Source: an uncultured Planctomycetia bacterium (GTDB taxonomy: Bacteria; Omnitrophota; Gorgyraeia; Duberdicusellales; 4484-171). Taken from it: DNA of 64,000 nt. The notes below the pieces were generated by a model. The model saw only the letters and a list, made by a program, of their open reading frames with translations, had not been told where the DNA came from and made no database searches. A program made the translations under genes and the position numbers. Below, one piece after another: positions 59,402 to 64,000 of the stretch (positions within the stretch are counted from its first letter, which is position 1; each line of letters opens with the position of its first letter). The stretch is taken from contig CAZVQU010000001.1 in NCBI GenBank assembly GCA_964629655.1, forward strand, positions 612,056-676,055. Reading direction: 5' to 3'.

Positions 59402-60090
59402 TGAAAATATTTAATCTTGGCCTTGAGATTGAGCCGGGTAAACATGAATATAGACTTGAGGCGGTGGAAAAATTAGTTGAGAAGTTCTCTCCTAAAAAAA
59501 TATCTCCTTACTCGGTTGAATTTATTGACAGTGAGCCTGAAAGCGCTGATGCGATTGTATTTGATCTTAGCAAAAAATTAGACCTTATCCTAATTGATTT
59601 AGAGAAAATAGAGAAGAGACTCTTAAGGGCCGAAGATGAAGCTGAAAAAGTTCTTCTCACTAAGGCACAAAAATTTCTAGAAGAAGAAAAGCTGCTTTTT
59701 GATATTGAGTTTATCCCTGGTGAGGTAGAGACCTTTAAGCTGTTGCAGCTAGTTACTTTCAAACCGTCCTTAGGGGTAGATAAGGTTAGTGATATTGATG
59801 AGCTGATAGGGAAGGTCATTGATAAATCTGACACACTTTTGTTTTTTACCGCCGGCAAAAAGGAAGTTCATGTTTGGAGTATAAAGAAGGGCGAAAATAT
59901 CCTAGAAGCTGCCGGTAAAATCCATAGCGATTTAAAACGGGGGTTTATAAAAGGCGAAATCACTAATTGCAAGGATTTAGATAGTTTTTTTAATATGGCT
60001 GAAGCCCGCTCACGGGGATTCTCAAAAATAGTCGATAGAGATTATATTGTCCAAGAGGGAGATATAATTGATATAAGGTTTAATGTTTAA
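59401..60090 (+). CDS. YchF-related DUF933/TGS-domain protein lacking the P-loop
   Basis: FFTAGKKEVHVW, AAGKIHSDLKRGFIKGE, DYIVQEGDII.IRFNV. Confidence 0.82.
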   Translation: MKIFNLGLEIEPGKHEYRLEAVEKLVEKFSPKKISPYSVEFIDSEPESADAIVFDLSKKLDLILIDLEKIEKRLLRAEDEAEKVLLTKAQKFLEEEKLLFDIEFIPGEVETFKLLQLVTFKPSLGVDKVSDIDELIGKVIDKSDTLLFFTAGKKEVHVWSIKKGENILEAAGKIHSDLKRGFIKGEITNCKDLDSFFNMAEARSRGFSKIVDRDYIVQEGDIIDIRFNV

Positions 60091-60092
60091 GT

Positions 60093-61607
60093 ATGTTAAA
60101 AATTAGAAGAGCCTTAATAAGTGTTTGGGATAAAAAAGGAATAGCTGATTTTGCTAAGAAGTTAGCTGAGCTCGGTATTGAGATAGTTTCTACCGGGAAA
60201 ACCGCTACCCTTCTGCGTAGAGCCGGAGTCTCAGTCAAAGATGTCGCGACTTTGACTTCTTTCCCTGAGATACTTTCAGGGAGAGTGAAGACCCTCCACC
60301 CTAAGGTATTCGGAGGTATCCTGGCTAATAAGAAACATCCTTTACATATGGAAGAGATAAGAGGCTTAGGTATCCAGCCGATGGATATGGTAGTGGTTAA
60401 TCTTTATCCTTTTGTTGAGAAGGCAAAAGAGAAGTTAAGTTGGGATGAAATGATAGAATATATAGATATTGGCGGGCCGTCAATAATAAGAGCTGCAGCC
60501 AAGAACTTCAAAAACATTGCTTGTATTAGTGATTCACGACAATATAAGTTGATTTTAGGAGAGCTTCAGAAGAATAAAGGATTTGTGTCCGAGCAAACTT
60601 TAAAAGGTTTAGCCGAGAATGCTTTTTATACTACCAAAGAGTATGATAATGCTATTCATAATTACTTTAAGGGTAAGGACGTCTTTAGCTGGAATCTAGA
60701 AGAAGCCCACTCCTTGCGTTATGGAGAAAATCCTCACCAGAAGGGTGCTTTATTCAAGGTGGTTGATTTTAATAACGTAAAATTTAAACAATTCCAGGGC
60801 AAAGCTTTATCCTATAATAATTTCCTTGATTTAGATACAGCTATGCAGCAGGCAAAAGAGTTCAATGAACCAGCAGCTGTTATCGTTAAACATGCTTCTA
60901 TTTGCGGAGTAGGGGCTGATAAGAAATTAGTTTCAGCCTATAAGAAAGCATACCAGGCTGATAAGATCTCCAGTTTTGGAGGAGTCATTGCTTTAAATAA
61001 AAAGGTAGATAGAGAGACCGCTAGCCAAATCTTAAAGAGTGAATTTAAAGAGTGCGTCATTGCTGTCTCTTATTCCAAAGAAGCCTTGAAGATTTTCTCA
61101 GCTAAGAAGAACCTGCGAGTTCTCGAGGCTGATTTTACTCAAAAGGCAGGCTCTAAAGATATAAAGACTACAATTTTCGGTTATCTTGTTCAGGGCCGGG
61201 ATTCTTTGACCTTGGATAAAAGTAACTTAAAGGTGGTAACTCGCAGGAAGCCTACTCAACGCGAACTCAAAGACCTGATATTTGCTTGGAAGATAGCTAA
61301 GTGGGTAAAGTCTAATGCTATTGTTGTAGCTAAGAATAATTCTGTTTTGGGTATTGGAGGAGGCCAGCCTTCAAGAGTTGGAGCAGTAAAGATAGCTTTA
61401 AGCAAAGCTAAAACATCTCCGCGTTTGGCAGTATTAGCTTCTGATGGATTTTTTCCTAAAGAAGACTCGATAAAGGTTGCTTACAAAAAAGGAATTAAAG
61501 CTATAATCCAGCCCGGAGGTTCGATAAAGGACAAGGATATTATAGAAGCATGTGATAAGCTAGGTATAAGTATGGTTTTCACAGGCATCCGTCACTTCCG
61601 CCACTAA
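60093..61607 (+). CDS. purH: Bifunctional AICAR transformylase / IMP cyclohydrolase
   Basis: GRVKTLHP, IDIGGP, LRYGENPHQ, ASDGFFP, QPGGS, RHFRH. Confidence 0.97.
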   Translation: MLKIRRALISVWDKKGIADFAKKLAELGIEIVSTGKTATLLRRAGVSVKDVATLTSFPEILSGRVKTLHPKVFGGILANKKHPLHMEEIRGLGIQPMDMVVVNLYPFVEKAKEKLSWDEMIEYIDIGGPSIIRAAAKNFKNIACISDSRQYKLILGELQKNKGFVSEQTLKGLAENAFYTTKEYDNAIHNYFKGKDVFSWNLEEAHSLRYGENPHQKGALFKVVDFNNVKFKQFQGKALSYNNFLDLDTAMQQAKEFNEPAAVIVKHASICGVGADKKLVSAYKKAYQADKISSFGGVIALNKKVDRETASQILKSEFKECVIAVSYSKEALKIFSAKKNLRVLEADFTQKAGSKDIKTTIFGYLVQGRDSLTLDKSNLKVVTRRKPTQRELKDLIFAWKIAKWVKSNAIVVAKNNSVLGIGGGQPSRVGAVKIALSKAKTSPRLAVLASDGFFPKEDSIKVAYKKGIKAIIQPGGSIKDKDIIEACDKLGISMVFTGIRHFRH

Positions 61608-61643
61608 ATTTTTCTTTCCCCCAAGTTTACTCACAAGAGGGAT

Positions 61644-62990
61644 ATGATTGATAAATACCAAAAAGCAAAAGGTTATTTAGATTCTTTTCTGGATTACGAG
61701 AAGATTTCCTACTTTCCCTACAAGCGTTCTTTCAATTTAGAAAGAATGCGCATTTTGCTTAAGCATCTAAAGATTCCCTATCAGGAGCTAAAAGTAATTC
61801 ATATCGCTGGTACAAAGGGTAAGGGTTCCACCGCTCACTTCCTAGCTTATTTACTTGCTGCCTCTGGCTTTAGAGCAGGACTGTTTACTTCACCGCATCT
61901 TTTTAATTTCAGGGAAAGAATTCAGATAGTTGAAAATTTAGAGTCTAAAGCCCAAAGCAGTTTGATTTCTAAGAAAGATCTCTGCAAGATTGTTGAAGAA
62001 TTCAGATCTGGCCTAAAGAATTTAGAAACCTTGGCTCAAAATTTAGGCCAGGTAACTTTCTTCGAACTCCTTACTGCTGTTGCCTTTAAGTATTTCCTCC
62101 AGAAGCGTCTAGACTTTGTTATTTTAGAGAGCGGTTTAGGCGGAAGATTAGATTCTACCAACGTGGTTAATCCCTTAGTCAGCATAATCACTCATATCGG
62201 CTATGATCATACTGATAAATTAGGAAAAAAGTTGGCTGAGATTGCTAACGAAAAAGCAGGGATTATAAAGAGAAATACACCTGTAATATGTTCAGTGCAG
62301 CGGCCGTCTTGCCTGGAGGCGATTAAGAATAAATGTAAGAGTAAGGGTGCTCGGCTCCTTCTTCTTGGGCGAGATTTCAAAACCGAGAATATAAGGTTTA
62401 AACAGGAGCATACTTTTTTTAATTTTAGATTCAATAGCTTTGCTTTGGGAGATTTAAAAATTAATCTTAAAGGAGAGCGTCAGGTTGAGAATGCATCTTT
62501 AGCCTTAGCCGCAATCTCCCTTTTAGAGACCAAAGGGATAGTAAGAAAAAAAATAGACTATAAAGGCGGGCTTAAGGCATCTCGTATTCCGGGAAGATTT
62601 GAGGTTGTAAAGAAATCTCCTTTGACTATTGTCGATATTGCTCATAATGTTTCTTCATTCAAAGCTTTAAGGAATAGCCTAGGCAGATACTTTCCGCAAA
62701 AGAAGATTATTTTAATATTTGCCTGTTCTCAAGATAAAGATGCTAAGAATATGCTTAAGGAAATAGACTATTCTTACCTTATCCTTACTCATTTTAATAA
62801 TCCTCGGTCTCAGGAGCCTCTAAAACTTGTAAGAATGGTTAGGCCCGAGAAGGTTTGCCTGGCTGGAAATATAGGAGAAGCTTTGAAGCAGGCTAGGCAA
62901 AAGTATAAACACAATTCGGCTATTGTTATTAGTGGTTCTTTATTCTTGGTAAGTGAGGCTATCGAGCTCTTACGATTACAAGGCAATTAA
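61644..62990 (+). CDS. folC: Folylpolyglutamate synthase / dihydrofolate synthase
   Basis: HIAGTKGKGS, TSPHL, GLGGRLDSTN, EKAGI, GSLFLV. Confidence 0.95.
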   Translation: MIDKYQKAKGYLDSFLDYEKISYFPYKRSFNLERMRILLKHLKIPYQELKVIHIAGTKGKGSTAHFLAYLLAASGFRAGLFTSPHLFNFRERIQIVENLESKAQSSLISKKDLCKIVEEFRSGLKNLETLAQNLGQVTFFELLTAVAFKYFLQKRLDFVILESGLGGRLDSTNVVNPLVSIITHIGYDHTDKLGKKLAEIANEKAGIIKRNTPVICSVQRPSCLEAIKNKCKSKGARLLLLGRDFKTENIRFKQEHTFFNFRFNSFALGDLKINLKGERQVENASLALAAISLLETKGIVRKKIDYKGGLKASRIPGRFEVVKKSPLTIVDIAHNVSSFKALRNSLGRYFPQKKIILIFACSQDKDAKNMLKEIDYSYLILTHFNNPRSQEPLKLVRMVRPEKVCLAGNIGEALKQARQKYKHNSAIVISGSLFLVSEAIELLRLQGN

Positions 62991-63038
62991 ACAAAAGAGA
63001 CTGGATTTTTTAGTAATTACCTATAAAATACTCTTACT

Positions 63039-64000
63039 ATGAGTGAATTTAGATTAAAGGATTACAAGTTAGGGGATACCATTGCTGCTATTGCTACTTT
63101 TCCCGGAAAATCTGCTTTAGGAGTAGTTAAGGTTTCCGGCCTCAAGGCATTGGCAATCGCATCTAAGATATTTAAGCCCCAGAGAAAGAAGAATATTAGG
63201 CAGGTAAAGACCCATACTCTTCACTATGGATGGATTGTAGATAAGCCTAAAATTTGTTTGGCAAAGCCTCGGTGTAGGCAGACCCCGGCGGGGAAGGAAA
63301 AAACAGTAGATGAGGTTCTATTAAGTGTTATGCGCAAGCCTTCCACTTACACTAAAGAAGATGTTATTGAAATCTCTTCTCACGGAGGAGTAGCAGTATT
63401 AAATAAGATTTTAGAGTTAGTATTAAAGCAAGGGGCTCGGCTGGCTCTACCCGGTGAGTTTACTTACCGGGCTTTGCTCGGGGGAAGAATTGACCTTCTC
63501 CAAGCCGAGAGCATTCGAGGAATCGTTGATGCTAAGAGCGAAAATGCCCTTGCTTTGGCTTCTTCGCAATTAAGAGGCCAAGCAACTTTAAAGCTAAAGC
63601 AATTAAAGAGTGAGTTAAAAGAATTGTTCGTTCAAACTGAGAGTGTGATAAATTTCCCTGAGGATGATGTTGATATTTCTTCTTTGAACTTAGAGATGAG
63701 AGTAGAAGCCCTGGCTAAGGAAGTAGATGATCTTACCGAAGGCAGCCGGGAAGCAGAGATTATGCGTGAGGGGTTTAAATGTGTTATTTGCGGTAAGGCT
63801 AATGTCGGCAAATCTACCCTGTTTAATCGGCTGCTTAAAGAAGAGAGAGTTATAGTTAGTAGATTTTCCGGCACTACCCGTGATGTTGTTGAAGAGACTA
63901 TAAATATAAGGGGAGTTCCTTTGCGGATTTACGATACTGCCGGAATCATTGAACCCAAAGATTTAATCACTAAGAAAGCTTTAAAAAAGGCCTTAAGAAT
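63039..64000 (+). CDS. mnmE: tRNA modification GTPase (partial; runs off the window end)
   Basis: Not in the ORF track. Manual translation gives [48 protein letters not shown]. Confidence 0.95.
   Translation, partial: MSEFRLKDYKLGDTIAAIATFPGKSALGVVKVSGLKALAIASKIFKPQRKKNIRQVKTHTLHYGWIVDKPKICLAKPRCRQTPAGKEKTVDEVLLSVMRKPSTYTKEDVIEISSHGGVAVLNKILELVLKQGARLALPGEFTYRALLGGRIDLLQAESIRGIVDAKSENALALASSQLRGQATLKLKQLKSELKELFVQTESVINFPEDDVDISSLNLEMRVEALAKEVDDLTEGSREAEIMREGFKCVICGKANVGKSTLFNRLLKEERVIVSRFSGTTRDVVEETINIRGVPLRIYDTAGIIEPKDLITKKALKKALR

Noticed and set aside
936-63874. Many short antisense or nested ORFs in the track (e.g. 936-1325, 11982-12458, 23670-24164, 34402-34710, 63632-63874)
   Set aside because: They lie inside well-supported genes on the other strand or frame and have no recognisable motifs.
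1-64000. CRISPR array, tRNA/rRNA, riboswitch (e.g. TPP before thi4), IS or prophage
   Set aside because: Intergenic gaps are short and AT-rich; I saw no spaced repeats, cloverleaf, TPP core, transposase or integrase by eye. An Rfam/tRNAscan run would be needed to exclude them.

Overview
AT-rich, gene-dense bacterial chromosome segment, almost all on the + strand. Gene content and the modular-protein family at 52.6-56.2 kb suggest an anaerobic PVC-group organism, probably Omnitrophota (inference). In order: a partial GH94 phosphorylase; a Trx-CcdA protein and a radical SAM protein; a sulfur-assimilation/siroheme block (DUF2061, cysH, sirC, hemA, hemC, cobA, hemB, hemL, small sulfite reductase, Rrf2/CymR, ThiI-like, cysK, DUF39 plus NIL-ferredoxin, MoaD/MoeB, Cys-type thi4); a CsoR-controlled porin/ABC operon; birA and the bio operon with a BirA box; fur-feoB-DtxR/FeoA; a trehalose-type GH65 cluster; pckG, purC, etfBA; an SMC with no recognisable hinge; a diguanylate cyclase; a twice-frameshifted modular protein; then queA, EF-G2, a truncated YchF-like protein, purH, folC and partial mnmE. 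No rRNA, tRNA, CRISPR array or transposase was seen. The most unusual item is the modular protein, whose two ~1-kb enzyme cassettes (HD and kinase-like) are bounded by a repeat conserved at both DNA and peptide level. All calls come from reading motifs by eye; no searches were run.
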